A stretch of 63,441 bases of DNA, counting the filler, from Octopus bimaculoides (lineage: Eukaryota), in NCBI RefSeq assembly GCF_001194135.2. It is 6 parts of 6 records of this genome, joined end to end, with 100 filler letters (N's around TTAATTAATTAA, not from the genome) between each part and the next. Parts side by side here need not be neighbours in the genome. Positions count along the whole stretch, not along the records: positions 14,102 to 24,690 come from NC_069008.1; positions 24,791 to 36,289 come from NC_069003.1; 4 more parts are not named here. One strand, 5' to 3'. The position numbers were made by a program, and so were the translations under genes. Within the stretch, counting starts at the first letter, position 1, and each line of letters opens with the position of its first letter. Shown here piece after piece: positions 14,002 through 25,649 of this stretch. Below the pieces are notes generated by a model that had not been told where the DNA came from, made no database searches, and saw nothing but the letters and a program-made list of their open reading frames with translations.

Positions 14002-14101
14002 NNNNNNNNNNNNNNNNNNNNNNNNNNNNNNNNNNNNNNNNNNNNTTAATTAATTAANNNNNNNNNNNNNNNNNNNNNNNNNNNNNNNNNNNNNNNNNNN
14101 N
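14002..14101. other. Artificial scaffold linker N44-TTAATTAATTAA-N44 (also at 24735, 36334, 47173, 62212)
   Basis: Identical 12-mer centred in 100-bp N blocks at five sites. Confidence 0.95.
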
Positions 14102-14797
14102 TCTGCAGTCAGTCATCGCAACTATGACTGTTCATGGTTTTGGCATGAACTTGAAAAGCTTTCTCCATATAGGTTGGTTTATCGGGTCTCATAATGAGGA
14201 TCACATCAAAGAAATTTTAAAAAGGAGGAGAAAACTTCTTCAGATCTAAATAAAATGGAAGAATACAAAAATAAATATTATTTTCCATCTTAATGTTAGT
14301 TTTGCTTCATTATGGAAAATAAAAATTTATTTTATGGTATTTTATTGTTTATATTTTGAATTACATATATATATGGGGAGCACCAAACCATTTTAAGTGC
14401 TTAGGGCCTTTATGGGTCCTAATCCAGTCCTGCACAGGTTACTTGGCTGTGTCCCCCTCCAGGGGTACGGTGACTGATGAGCAGGAAGAAGAAAAGAACA
14501 GACAGGAGTCTGGAGCTGTGCCAAAGAGCTCCTCACAGACAAAGCTGTCATTACGGAAGCAAAAACAGCACTGCCAAAGCCTGCTCACTGAATCGCTAGA
14601 TTTTAAGAAGGCGCTGTCCTAAATTCTTTACTCGTGGATTACACAGTCGCTAATGTTCCAACTGATGTGATTAAGAGGCTGACAACAGCCATGGTTTGCC
14701 AAGCTATCAATAAAAACTGAAGCTACCATTACAGTCAGTAACAGAATTTGGCTTACCAACAGAAATATTCAGAGATATTTCTTGGCGAGAGCTTATA

Positions 14798-15839
14798 CGA
14801 GTATCGGGACTGTTGCCATGGTAATGGAGCTGAAGTACGCAGGGTGAAGCCACTTGGCACAGACTGACCTTGAACTCAGTCACTCACACACGCACATTAA
14901 ATTATTGTGTTCTTCTTTGTTTTTGTTGTTTGGATCAGTGCTTGGAACTAAAGTGTGTAGAGTGTGGTGATCTCAAAAAGAAGGCCAGGTTTCAGCTGCA
15001 CAAGATTTCCTTGATTGTGTCGAAGACAGCGAAAAGCTTTTGGAAACAGTTGTCCCCCCTTCTCTCTCACCAAGTAACCCTGTACCTCCTTTATAACAAG
15101 ACACCTGTTTCTCCCTCTCTGTCTCACTGTCACACTAACCTTTCATCATCTGACATAAGATCCCCTCTTCCAATGCCCTCTCTCCTCTCAAAGATCTCTT
15201 GCCTTGCAAGCTACTTGGTGACCCTGCCAGTGCTGGTGCCACATAAAAAGCACCCGGGCCACACTGTAAAGTGGTTGGCATTTGGAAGGGCATCCAGCTG
15301 TAAAAACCTTGCCAAAACTGACCTCACCTGTGTTGGTGCCACGTAAAAAGCACTCAGTCCATTCTGCTGGGTGGTTGGTGTTAGGAAGGGCATCCAACCG
15401 CAAAAATCCTGCCGAAACAGACACAGTAGCCTGGGGTAGTTTTCTGCCCGACCACCTCCTGTCAAACCGTCCAACCCATATCAACATGGAAGGTGGATAT
15501 TAAACGATGATGATGACGATGATGATAACAGGTGATAAATCATGGATCTATGGATACGATCCCAAAACCAAGGCTTGAAATGAATCCCATTTGAAAAGAA
15601 GAAGATTTCACGATGTCGAGGAATTCCAAGAGAATCTGATGGAGCAACTACTCACTATCCCCCACCTCCCAAAAAAAGGGGAGTTCCAGGAATGCTTCCA
15701 TCAAAGGAATCAACACTGGATAAAACGTGTGGCTTCAGAAGGGGACAACATCGAAGGAGATTAAATGCTGAATTGATATGTCATGGGTTTTGTTTTTAAA
15801 GCTCCAGTCCTGATATTTTTTTTTTTTGATCGGACCTTA
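14798..15839 (+). mobile_element. Internally deleted mariner element interrupted by a SINE
   Basis: Left end ta|cgagtatcgggactg matches the TIR-adjacent sequence at 41567 and 42439. Remnants ITGDKSWIYGYDPKTK (15525) and LKRRRFHDVEEFQENL...WIKRVASEGDNIEGD* are present. Right end ccagtcctgatat...tgatcggacc is the inverted TIR. Continuity as a single element is inferred. Confidence 0.65.
15195..15520 (+). mobile_element. SINE/LINE-tail family D (…aaaagcacccactacactctcggagtggttggc…taaacgatgatgatga)
   Basis: Same sequence recurs at 17400-17715, 22865-23035 and (minus) near 21245 and 26650; ends in (GAT)n. Confidence 0.8.
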
Positions 15840-16319
15840 CAATGTAATGCTTTTCAACCCCTTGCAAACACTACATCAGGGGTGGGGAAAACCCCGCCCG
15901 CAGGCGCAATTGCACCTGCGAGTACATTCTATTGCACCAGCAGGCTGACGTACTTGTAATGTACAAAATATAGTAAATTTCCCAATTATAAAATTCATAC
16001 AATATTCATATGCCTCTTTGTGACATAGGTCACGTTTCCACGACGACATAAAATGGTTAGACGCGAACAGAAAATCATCCAGCAATTGCCATTTGAATGG
16101 AAATTGTGTTTTCACTATAAAACATATTTCTATGTTTGCACCACCCCCTTGAGACCCGACTACACTCTAGCTGAAAAAACATAGGATACCCCATAAGTAA
16201 TATAAATGTCCTAATTTCAGTGGTGGCATTAATGAAGATGTTACGCGTTAATTTAATGTGTTAAACTTATCTTTATTAATGAATAACGAATTATACATAG
16301 ATATATACAAGATTTACAC

Positions 16320-16484
16320 AGGTGGTTGAGTGGCTGTGTGGTAAACAGATTGCTTACCAACCATATTGTTCCGAGTTCAGTATGTCTTCTAGTTCAGTAT
16401 GTCTTCTAGTATGGCCTCGGACCAACCAAAGCTTTGTGAGTGGATTTTGTAGACAGAAACTGAAAGAAGCCCATTGTATATATA

Positions 16485-16523
<39 letters not shown>

Positions 16524-16720
16524 ATATTTTGTCACCCCAACATCGCTTGACAATCGATGCTGGTGTGTTTACGTCCCCCTAACCTAGTGGTTTGGCAAAA
16601 GAGGCCAACAGAATACTAGGTTTACAAAGAATAAGTCCTGGCGGTGGGGGGGTCGATTTGCTGAACTGAAGGCGGTGCTCCAGTATGGCCACAGTCAAAT
16701 GACTGAAACAAGTAAAAGAA
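16320..16720 (+). mobile_element. SINE family A (tRNA head, internal TA/TG microsatellite, conserved 3' half)
   Basis: Head gagtggctgtgtggtaa...cttaccaacca, central (TG)n, tail ggcggtgctccagtatggcc...gactgaaacaagtaaaag. More than 12 copies in the window. Confidence 0.85.
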
Positions 16721-17399
16721 AATATAGAAGAGTTAGAACTCATGATCTGCCTGTGGACCCTTTTCTGTGTGCCTTGCTCAAGGACATGACACATCACCCG
16801 GTCCAGGGACCAAAACCACAATCTTACAATGATGAGTTCCAACACCATGCACCACCCCCAGACGGCCTCCGAGTGCCGCATTTTGTCAGTGAACAGCAAG
16901 GATAGGAATAAGTATCTCCAGAGCATGGTAAGTAATGACGGTTTCAAATTTAGCCACAAGGGCATAATAAGTCGATTTCATCGACCCCACCTAATGTTGC
17001 ACTGGTACTCGTTTTATCAATCCCTGAAAAAAATGAAAGGCAATGTGGACGACCTCAGTGGAATTTGAACCGAGAACACAGCGACAGGTGGAAATAAAAC
17101 TAAGCATTCCGTCCTGCGTGCTAACGATTCTGCCAGCTCCACCCCGTTGGAATGGGGAATAATAATGAGATTAGATGACCTAAGTAGGTTGTCAGAGTTC
17201 ACAGCTGCTCCAGGTGAACCAAGGAGGGCTGGACAGATCGAGATAGTCATGCACGGGTACAATATCTCCTAAGATAGATGATGTCAGCAACATTGACAGG
17301 AATAACAGACCCTCCTAGATTAGCCATGGACTGTCGTGTATTGAACTCCTAATCAATACACGACAAATACTGCATATTTGTTTAAATGTAAAAAAAACA

Positions 17400-17715
17400 C
17401 CATCTGAACGTGACCGATNNNNNNNNNNNNNNNNNNNNNNNNNNNNNNNNNNNNNNNNNNNNNNNNGGTGGCACGTAAAAAACACAATCCGAACGTGATC
17501 GATGCCAGGCCCACCTGACTGGCTCCTGAGCCGCTGGCACGTAAAAAGCGCCCACTACACTCTCGGAGTGGTTGGCATTAAGAAGGGCATCCAGCTGTAG
17601 AAACTCTGCCAGATTAGATTGGAGCCTGGTGTAGTCGCTGGCTCTCCAGACCTCAATCAAGCCAGCCAACCCATGCCAGCATGGAAAACAGATATTGAAC
17701 AATGATGATGATGAA
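17400..17715 (+). mobile_element. Family D repeat copy
   Basis: Homologous to 15195-15520 and 22865-23035. Confidence 0.75.
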
Positions 17716-17981
17716 TTAAAAACCACCAGTCGCATAGCATGCACAAGTTTTAGGTGAACTTGTCGGTTTTCTTTTTTATATATTGCAATTAAAATAAACG
17801 GTGGGGGCACACAATTGATTCCATCTCAACAGGATTACAAATGTTGTTGTTCCCCCTTCTTATCTGCTTCTGCTGTTGGTTGTGCTTTCGCTAGGGCAAG
17901 ATAGAAATTCACAGTTTACGGCTATTTAATCTTTGTTCCTGTGCTAAGCAGATTACAAAACTTGACAAAGGTACATCACAT

Positions 17982-18083
17982 CTCTATCAGTCTCTTTGGC
18001 CGAACCGCTAAGTTACAGGGACGAAAACACACTAGCACCGGTTGTCAAGCGGTGGTGAGTTGGGAAGGCGAATACAAACACAG

Positions 18084-18118
<35 letters not shown>

Positions 18119-18274
18119 CGATGGGCTTCTTTCAGTTTCCATCTACCAAATCCACTCGCAAGGCTTTGATCGGGCCAAGGCTGTAGTAGAAGACACTTGC
18201 ACAAGGTGCCACACAGTGGGACTGAACCCAGAACGATGTGGTTGAGAAGCAAGCTTCTTACCACACAGCCACGC
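17982..18274 (-). mobile_element. SINE family A copy
   Basis: Reverse complement of the family A head and central region. Confidence 0.85.
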
Positions 18275-18313
18275 CTAGAGGATATGTTAACCTCGTGAAT
18301 GGATCGTTGCATC

Positions 18314-18472
18314 CAGGGGCGGACTGAGAGCATTAAGGGCCCTCGGGCATCCCTATTCACCGGGTCCCTTTGAACATGTAGAGTTTTAGTGAAGTTAACA
18401 TGTAGAGTGCAGGTCCATCAGAGCTCCGGGCCCTCGGGCAGTGCCCGATTGACCGACGGCTGTCAGCCCCTG
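18314..18472. mobile_element. 159-bp hAT-type MITE
   Basis: TIRs caggggcggactg / ctgtcagcccctg. Flanks gttgcatc / tttgcatc form a 7/8 TSD. Confidence 0.75.
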
Positions 18473-18670
18473 TTTGCATCCAAAGAAATACTGGTCCAAT
18501 ACCTAATATTTTGGAGGAATGAAATTCCTTTAGAACAACAGGTTTATATTAAGCATATAGCTTATATCCATTTAAAGTGGGGGGATGGCGATTAGGGAGT
18601 TAATAATTGTTTATTAACAACAAATTGATCGTCTTCACTTCTTACAACTGTAGTGTTTTCTTATATATAT

Positions 18671-19088
18671 ATGGTAAGTAGCTTGCTTACGAACCACATG
18701 GTTCCGGGTTCAGTCCCACTGCGTGGCACCTTGGGCNNNNNNNNNNNNNNNNNNNNNNNNNNNNNNNNNNNNNNNNNNNNNNNNNNNNNNNNNNNNNNNN
18801 NNNNNNNNNNNNNNNNNNNNNNNNNNNNNNNNNNNNNNNNNNNNNNNNNNNNNNNNNNNNNNNNNNNNNNNNNNNNNNNTGTGTGTGTGTCTGTATTTGT
18901 CCCCCAACATCGCTTGACAACCGATGCTGGGGCGTTTACGTCCCCGTAACTTAGCGGTTCGGCAAAAGAGACCGATAGAATAAGTACTAGGCTTACAAAG
19001 AATAAGTCCTGGGGGTCGATTTGCTCGACTAAAGGCGGTGCTCCAGCACGGCCGCAGTCAAATGACTGACCAAGTAAAAGAGTAAAAG
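18671..19088 (+). mobile_element. SINE family A copy (gap at the internal microsatellite)
   Basis: Near-consensus head and tail. Confidence 0.9.
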
Positions 19089-19674
19089 AGAGAGAGTATA
19101 TATATATATATATATATATACATATACATACATACATACAATATTACATATACAGACACACACACACATATATATTGTATGTATGCATATACCACACGCG
19201 CACACAAACATTACAAATTGGCGAGAAGTTGTGGCCTTCATTCTGTCTGAGGGCAAATGAACTCCAAACAAGTCGGAGTGTCACGCACTTGTCCATATAT
19301 ATATGTGTGTGTGTATATAAATATAAGCTATATAATTCTTGTGCGTATAAATAACCGTACTTCCAACACACTGACTAGCTATATAATAATAAACATCTAA
19401 CAATATATACATATATATACGGATATATATATATGTATATATACATACACACGGCTTAAATTAATGCTTAACGCAACGGACTCCCCCTCACTGTATATTT
19501 CAACCTCCTCTTTCTCCACCTCCTCGGTGCTACTCTTCCCTCCTACCCCAGCGCACAGGCAAGCAAGCAAGAAGTAAATAAATACATGCTATTTACAGTG
19601 AATGACAGAGATAGAGAGAAGAGAAAAGGAGAAATGGAAAGACAGAGAGAGAGAGAGAGAGGGGAAGAGAGAGA

Positions 19675-19852
19675 AGGGAGACGGGGCGAAAGACAGAGGG
19701 AGGAAGACGGGGCGAAAGACGGAGGGAGGGAGACGGGGCGAAAGACAGAGGAGAAAGACGGAGGGAGGGAGACGGGGCGAAAGACAGTGAAGAAAGACGG
19801 AGGGAGGGAGAACGGGGCGAAAGACAGAGAAGAAAGACGGAGGGAGGGAGAG
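19675..19852 (+). repeat. Purine-rich CpG-containing minisatellite, core gacggggcgaaagac
   Basis: About 5 copies of the core separated by ggagggaggga / gaagaaa linkers. Confidence 0.85.
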
Positions 19853-20139
19853 AGGGTTAAAAATAAAAGCCTCTCCCTTTCACTCATTCACTCACTTCCT
19901 CCCATTGATATTTACACAAAAAACCTCCTCCTACTCACCACCGACAACAGCCAGCTATCACCTCTTACTCCTCCGCTTCCTCCTCCTTCCTCTGTCAGGG
20001 TGCTGTCTCACTCCAGACAGTACTTCGCTACTAGTTCACTCAGGTACATACGCACTTACAACCTTTCACAATACACATGACTGGCTACACACATGGAGCA
20101 CACGCTACATGGTGTGTGCGCGCGTGTGTTTATAGTTTT

Positions 20140-20338
20140 GCTGCTTGCTTCAGCCGAGCAGACCGCGGCCATGCTGGGGCACTGCCTCGAAAAAAATCTT
20201 TCCAAGCCGGATGAATCAACTCCAGTAGCCCCTGTTATATTCTTTTTTTTTTTTGTTTATATTGTTAGTATGTTTTGCTGAACCGCTACGTTACGGGAAC
20301 GTAAACACACCAATACCGGTTGTCAAACGGTGGTGGAA

Positions 20339-20383
<45 letters not shown>

Positions 20384-20532
20384 CGATAGGCTTCTGCAGT
20401 TTCTGTTTACCAAATCCCCTTTGGTTGGACCGAGGCTTATAGTAGAAGACACTTGTCCAAGGTGCCACTCAGTGGGACTGAACCAGGAACCATGTGGTTG
20501 GGAAGCAGGCTTCTTACCACACAGCCACGCAT
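20140..20532 (-). mobile_element. SINE family A copy
   Basis: Reverse complement of the full family A structure. Confidence 0.85.
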
Positions 20533-21040
20533 GTGCTTGTGTGTGTGTGTGTGTGTGTGTATTGTACAAGTATGATCGTATCTACAATATGCATGTTTAT
20601 GTATGTATGTAACTGTGTTCCCACCATCGCTTCAAATCTGGGTGTTGGTTTGTTTACGTCCCCACGACTCGGCAAGTTCAGCAAAAGACAGCAACAGGGT
20701 TAAAATGCCAGGACACGAAAATAAATATATAAATAAATAAATAAATAAACGGAGGGGCCATTTGCTCGACTATTACCCATCAAGGTGGTGCTCCAGCATG
20801 GCCGCACAGTCAAATGACTGAAACGGATAGAGATAAAACGCGCGCGCGTGCTTGTGTGTGTGTGTGTGTGTGTGTGTATAAATGTGTTTGTCCCCACTTT
20901 CGCTTGACAACCGGTGTAGGTTTGTTTACATCGTAACTTAGCATAGAAGACAAATTCGGTAAAACAAGCACCAGGCTTTAAATGTTAAAGTACAAGAGGT
21001 CCATTTGCTCGACTGACCCAAACGCTTCAAGGCAGTACCC

Positions 21041-21233
21041 GTTAGCACCCCGGGCGAAATGCTTAGCGGTATTTCGTCTGCCGCTACGTTCTGAGCTCAA
21101 ATCCCGCCGAGGTCGACTTTGCCTTTCATCCTTTCGGGGTCGATAAATTAAGTACCAGTTGCGTAGTGGTGTCGATCTAATCGACTTAATCCCCTCCCAA
21201 AAATTCCGGGCCTTGTGCCTAGAGTAAGAAAAG
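21041..21233 (+). mobile_element. SINE family C with conserved central domain tgcctttcatcctttcggggtcgataaattaagtaccag
   Basis: tRNA-like head plus a central motif resembling the Meta/V-type conserved SINE domains (recalled). Copies at 5770, 11885, 16935, 23218, 32650, 36885 and 57405. Confidence 0.8.
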
Positions 21234-21510
21234 CATTCACGCGCATCTCTCCATGCTGGCATGGGTCGGACGGTTTGACAAGATCCACGAGCTACAATGT
21301 CTAGTAAAGCTTCTACCACTGGATACTCTTCGTATTGGCAACCACTTAATTGCGTACTGGGTGGGGTGGGGGTTTTATTACCTGTCGTCACCTGTACTAG
21401 TGAAGCTGCCAGGTAACTCAAGACAAAGGAAAAAAAAAAAAACCCGCTCGACTAAGCAGAACTGTAGAAGAGTGAGGGGATGTTTCAAGCCAGGTGTTCG
21501 GAGGCTAAAG

Positions 21511-22202
21511 CAGCGTTTCTCAACCAGGGTACCCGGGAACCCTAGCGTTCCGCAAAAGGTTCCAAGGGGTTCTGTGAGAAAGAGGGAGATAAGCTAATAC
21601 TAATTTCATGATCATAATATTACTATAGATGCACACATATTGGTTTTTGTAATATAGACATCATACTATCTAACCTATTATGTTATCAAAAAATATATAA
21701 CAGCCATATATATATATATATATNNNNNNNNNNNNNNNNNNNNNNNNNNNNNNNNNNNNNNNNNNNNNNNNNNNNNNNNNNNNNNNNNNNNNNNNNNNNN
21801 NNNNNNNNNNNNNNNNNNNNNNNNNNNNNNNNNNNNNNNNNNNNNNNNNNNNNNNNNNNNNNNNNNNNNNNNNNNNNNNNNNNNNNNNNNNNNNNNNNNN
21901 NNNNNNNNNNNNNNNNNNNNNNNNNNNNNNNNNNNNNNNNNNNNNNNNNNNNNNNNNNNNNNNNNNNNNNNNNNNNNNNNNNNNNNNNNNNNNNNNNNNN
22001 NNNNNNNNNNNNNNNNNNNNNNNNNNNNNNNNNNNNNNNNGGGGGGGTGCACTGGCATTGACAACATTCGGATGGTGATCTTTACGTGCCACTGACACAG
22101 GAGCCAGTCAGGTGGACCTGGCATCGACCATGAATATTTACCATGAGAATGTTCAGGGGTTCCTTGAGACATGTAATTTATTTTAAGGATTGAGAAACAC
22201 TG
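21511..22202. mobile_element. hAT (Charlie-like) non-autonomous element with nested gap and repeat
   Basis: TIRs cagcgtttctcaacc / gattgagaaacactg. TSD ggctaaag / ggctaaaa (7/8). Confidence 0.8.
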
Positions 22203-22359
22203 GGCTAAAATATGGCAGAGGAGGGGCCAGGCACAGGTGTCTTGCTAGAGAGGAGATATATGGCTGCCCTATATTATAGGGGTTTTTATGAAGGTGGGTG
22301 GAAACATGTGGATTAGTGGTTGGCGCGTTGGCCTCATCATTTTTATCATTTACTCCATT

Positions 22360-22710
22360 TCAGTTGTTAGGTAGCGACCATGCTGGGGCACCACTTTGAA
22401 GAATCAACCCCAGAACTTTTTATTTTTAAAGCCTGGTATTTATTCTATCAGTTTCTTTTGCCAAACCACTAGGTTATGGGGATGTAAACACACCAACACC
22501 AGCCTGTCAAGAAGCTGTGGGGTCAAATGCACACACAAGTATATACACAATGGGCTTCTTTCAGTTTCCATCTACTAGATCCATTCACGAGACTTTGGTC
22601 AGCCTGAGGTTGAAGAAGAAAAACGTTTGCCCAAGGTGCCAAGCAGCAGAACTGAACCCAGAACCATGTGGTTGGGAAGCAAACTTCTTACCACACAGCC
22701 AAACCTGCAC
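22360..22710 (-). mobile_element. Degenerate SINE family A copy
   Basis: Homology to family A on the minus strand. Confidence 0.8.
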
Positions 22711-23217
22711 CTCATGATCAGAAGATTGTAGTTTCAATTCCTGGACTGAGCAATGCAGTAGTGTAACTAGGGAAGGGGACAAGGGGGCACATTTCCCGGG
22801 TGCTGATTGAAGGGAGGGGGGCACCTCATCAAAAGCAAGAAAAATGAGACTCGAAACAATTGTATTTTTTCACCCACTACACTTTCGGAGTGGTTGGCAT
22901 TAGGAAAGGCATCCAGCTGTAGAAACTGCCAAATCAGATTGGAGCCTGGTGTTGCCATCTGGTTCACCAGTCCTCAGTCAAATCGTCCAACCCATGCTAG
23001 CATGGAAAGCAGAGGTTAAACGATGATGATGATTACATCTCATTTCACACATTTGATTTTTTAATGTATCAATCAGGGAAGCTGGTGCATTGAACGGTTA
23101 AAATAAGGAGATTTCGTAAAGGTAAACATTAAATAAATATATTTTGAATTCCAGGCTGTACCGAACCAACAGGTAAATGAACCCTGGTAACGTATTCATT
23201 CCTAAAATATCTATTTC

Positions 23218-23443
23218 TTTATTGCCCACAGGGGGCTAAACATAGAGAGGACAAACAAGGACAGACAAAGGGATTAAGTAGATTACTTCAACCCCAGTGC
23301 GTAACTGGTACTTATTTAACTGACCTCGAAAGGATGAAAGGCAAAGTTGACCTCGGCAGAATTTGAACTCAGAATGTAAAGACAGATGAAATACCACTAG
23401 GCATTTTGCCCGGCGTGCAACCAATTCTGCCAGCTCGCCACCC
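23218..23443 (-). mobile_element. SINE family C copy
   Basis: Reverse complement of 21041-21233 with an alternative tail (ggacaaacaaggacagacaaag). Confidence 0.85.
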
Positions 23444-23678
23444 TGAAATATTGCTTTGAAACATTAATTGCTTGTAACAAATAAGTGTTATATAATATCA
23501 TGGATTTTGTAATGAGGTGGGGGGGGGCATTTTTGAGGCCTGCCCCAGCTATGCCCCTGGAGCAATGTGTTGTGTTCTTCAGCAAAACACTTCATTTCAC
23601 ATAGCTTCAGTCCACTCTACTAGTAAAAATTAGTAACCCAGGGACGGATCGAAATCCTGTCTATTAGGGAAACATATG

Positions 23679-23892
23679 CAGGCAACCGACCTATGAGTCT
23701 ACATGACTCGAATCCAGGCAACCTGATCTATGAGTCTATATGACTTGAATCCAGGCAACCTATGAGTCTATATGACTCAAATCCAAGCAACCGGACCTAT
23801 GAGTCTATATGACTCGAATCCAGGCAACTAGACCTATGAGTCTATATGACTCGAATCCAGGCAACAGGACCTATGAGTCTATATGACTCAAA
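23679..23892. repeat. About 37-bp tandem minisatellite, 6 units, internal palindrome GAGTC-TATAT-GACTC
   Basis: Unit caggcaac-(0-5 nt)-ctatgagtctatatgactcgaatc read directly. Confidence 0.92.
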
Positions 23893-23958
23893 GGATCTTT
23901 TAGCCATTACCTTATATGAGACCCTTATATAGTAGCAGCTGGAAAGCAGTACTAGATT

Positions 23959-24250
23959 AACCATTAAGCAAAAAAGAATGTGCTTAGGGCACTGAGTGAG
24001 GGAGGGGGATCCCACAGAAATGGTAAATGGTTTACGGTACAAAAGAAATCACTTGAAACTTGCTTATATAATATTTGGGATGCCTTATCTGTACAAAATA
24101 TAGATGTGTTGCGTAAGATTAATTTTGAGGATCTAATCAAAGGATAAACCATTAAGGAAAATAAACAAGTGCTTAGGACATCAAGGAAGGGGGAGGAACC
24201 CCACAGAAATGGTAAATGGTTTACAGTACAAAAGAAATCATTTGAAACTT
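23959..24250 (+). repeat. Diverged ~100-bp direct duplication (23959-24061 and 24147-24250)
   Basis: Both copies contain aaccattaag...cccacagaaatggtaaatggtttac(g/a)gtacaaaagaaatca(c/t)ttgaaactt. Confidence 0.85.
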
Positions 24251-24790
24251 AATAAAATGATATTCAAGGTGGTTTATATGATTCGAAATATAATTTCAAA
24301 GTGTTGATGGTGTCATAGCAAGGATCTGATCAAAGACTTTGCCATTAAGAAAAAAGTAGAAAACTTTCCAAATCTCAATAAAACGGAAGTATACGAAAAT
24401 TATTTTCCATCTTGAATGTCTTGGGGAGAAAGAACTTGGTATAATGGTCGGTGCAGAGGTAGGGGATGAGGTGAACGCAAGAAGGATGACAAAAGATGGC
24501 GAGATGAGGGAGTCTTGCACACATGAATTATAGAGACGACAACGGACCAAGTTGACAAGCAATGTGTGGGGTTTAAAGAAGATGCACCCATTACAGCAAA
24601 ATCTGTGGTGTTATGTAAAATACAAAGACACACACACACAAACATACATATATATATTAATAGACAAAATCGTACTCACACACATACACANNNNNNNNNN
24701 NNNNNNNNNNNNNNNNNNNNNNNNNNNNNNNNNNTTAATTAATTAANNNNNNNNNNNNNNNNNNNNNNNNNNNNNNNNNNNNNNNNNNNN

Positions 24791-24855
<65 letters not shown>

Positions 24856-25017
24856 AACACACACACACAAACACACACACACAAACACACACACACACAA
24901 ACACAAACTAAGGTGTATATATATATTCAAAATGTTTATGTGTGTGTATGTGTGCACATGTATAAAAACATGTATATATGTATGTATTATACACACACAC
25001 AGACACCCACACACACC

Positions 25018-25049
<32 letters not shown>

Positions 25050-25054
25050 CATAT

Positions 25055-25103
<49 letters not shown>

Positions 25104-25409
25104 TATATGTATATATATTGATAAACATAAAAATATACATCTAGGTATATGCATATACGTACGCTGACAAAAACATACACACATATACACACATACATAA
25201 GTATATGTGTGTGTATGTATGTATACATGTGTGCGTGTGTGAACATGTACATACAAACAATATCATTCTCTCTCTCACACACACACTCTCTCTATATATA
25301 TTTATACACACACAGGAATATATTTATCGATAGATATAGAAAAAAGTATACATAGATATACAGATACATATATATATATACACACACACACGTAACACAT
25401 CACGTATAT

Positions 25410-25461
<52 letters not shown>

Positions 25462-25618
25462 CCCCTAAAATGTTCACAATTATGTAAATTATACATGTAT
25501 GTGTGTGTGTGAGTGAGTGTGTATGTGTGTACGTGTGTAATATGGATGTTCAGTCATATTATCATTCTTGATATATAGATACGCATGTTCATATACAAGC
25601 GTACATTATATATACATA

Positions 25619-25649
<31 letters not shown>

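Noticed and set aside
14046-14057. TTAATTAATTAA palindrome recurring five times
   Set aside because: Always centred between 44-N blocks, so it is an artificial scaffolding linker.
16320-16400. tRNA gene candidates (A and B boxes)
   Set aside because: They are SINE heads that continue into SINE bodies, and no complete cloverleaf is evident.
23679-23892. CRISPR-like array of palindromic repeats
   Set aside because: Spacers are only 0-5 nt, there are no cas genes, and the context is eukaryotic. Kept as a minisatellite.
24296-24645. Minus-strand ORFs with a faint BTB-like look (FCCNGCIFFKPH; LHRPLYQ)
   Set aside because: Motifs lie in different frames, there is no suitable donor, and similarity is within chance.
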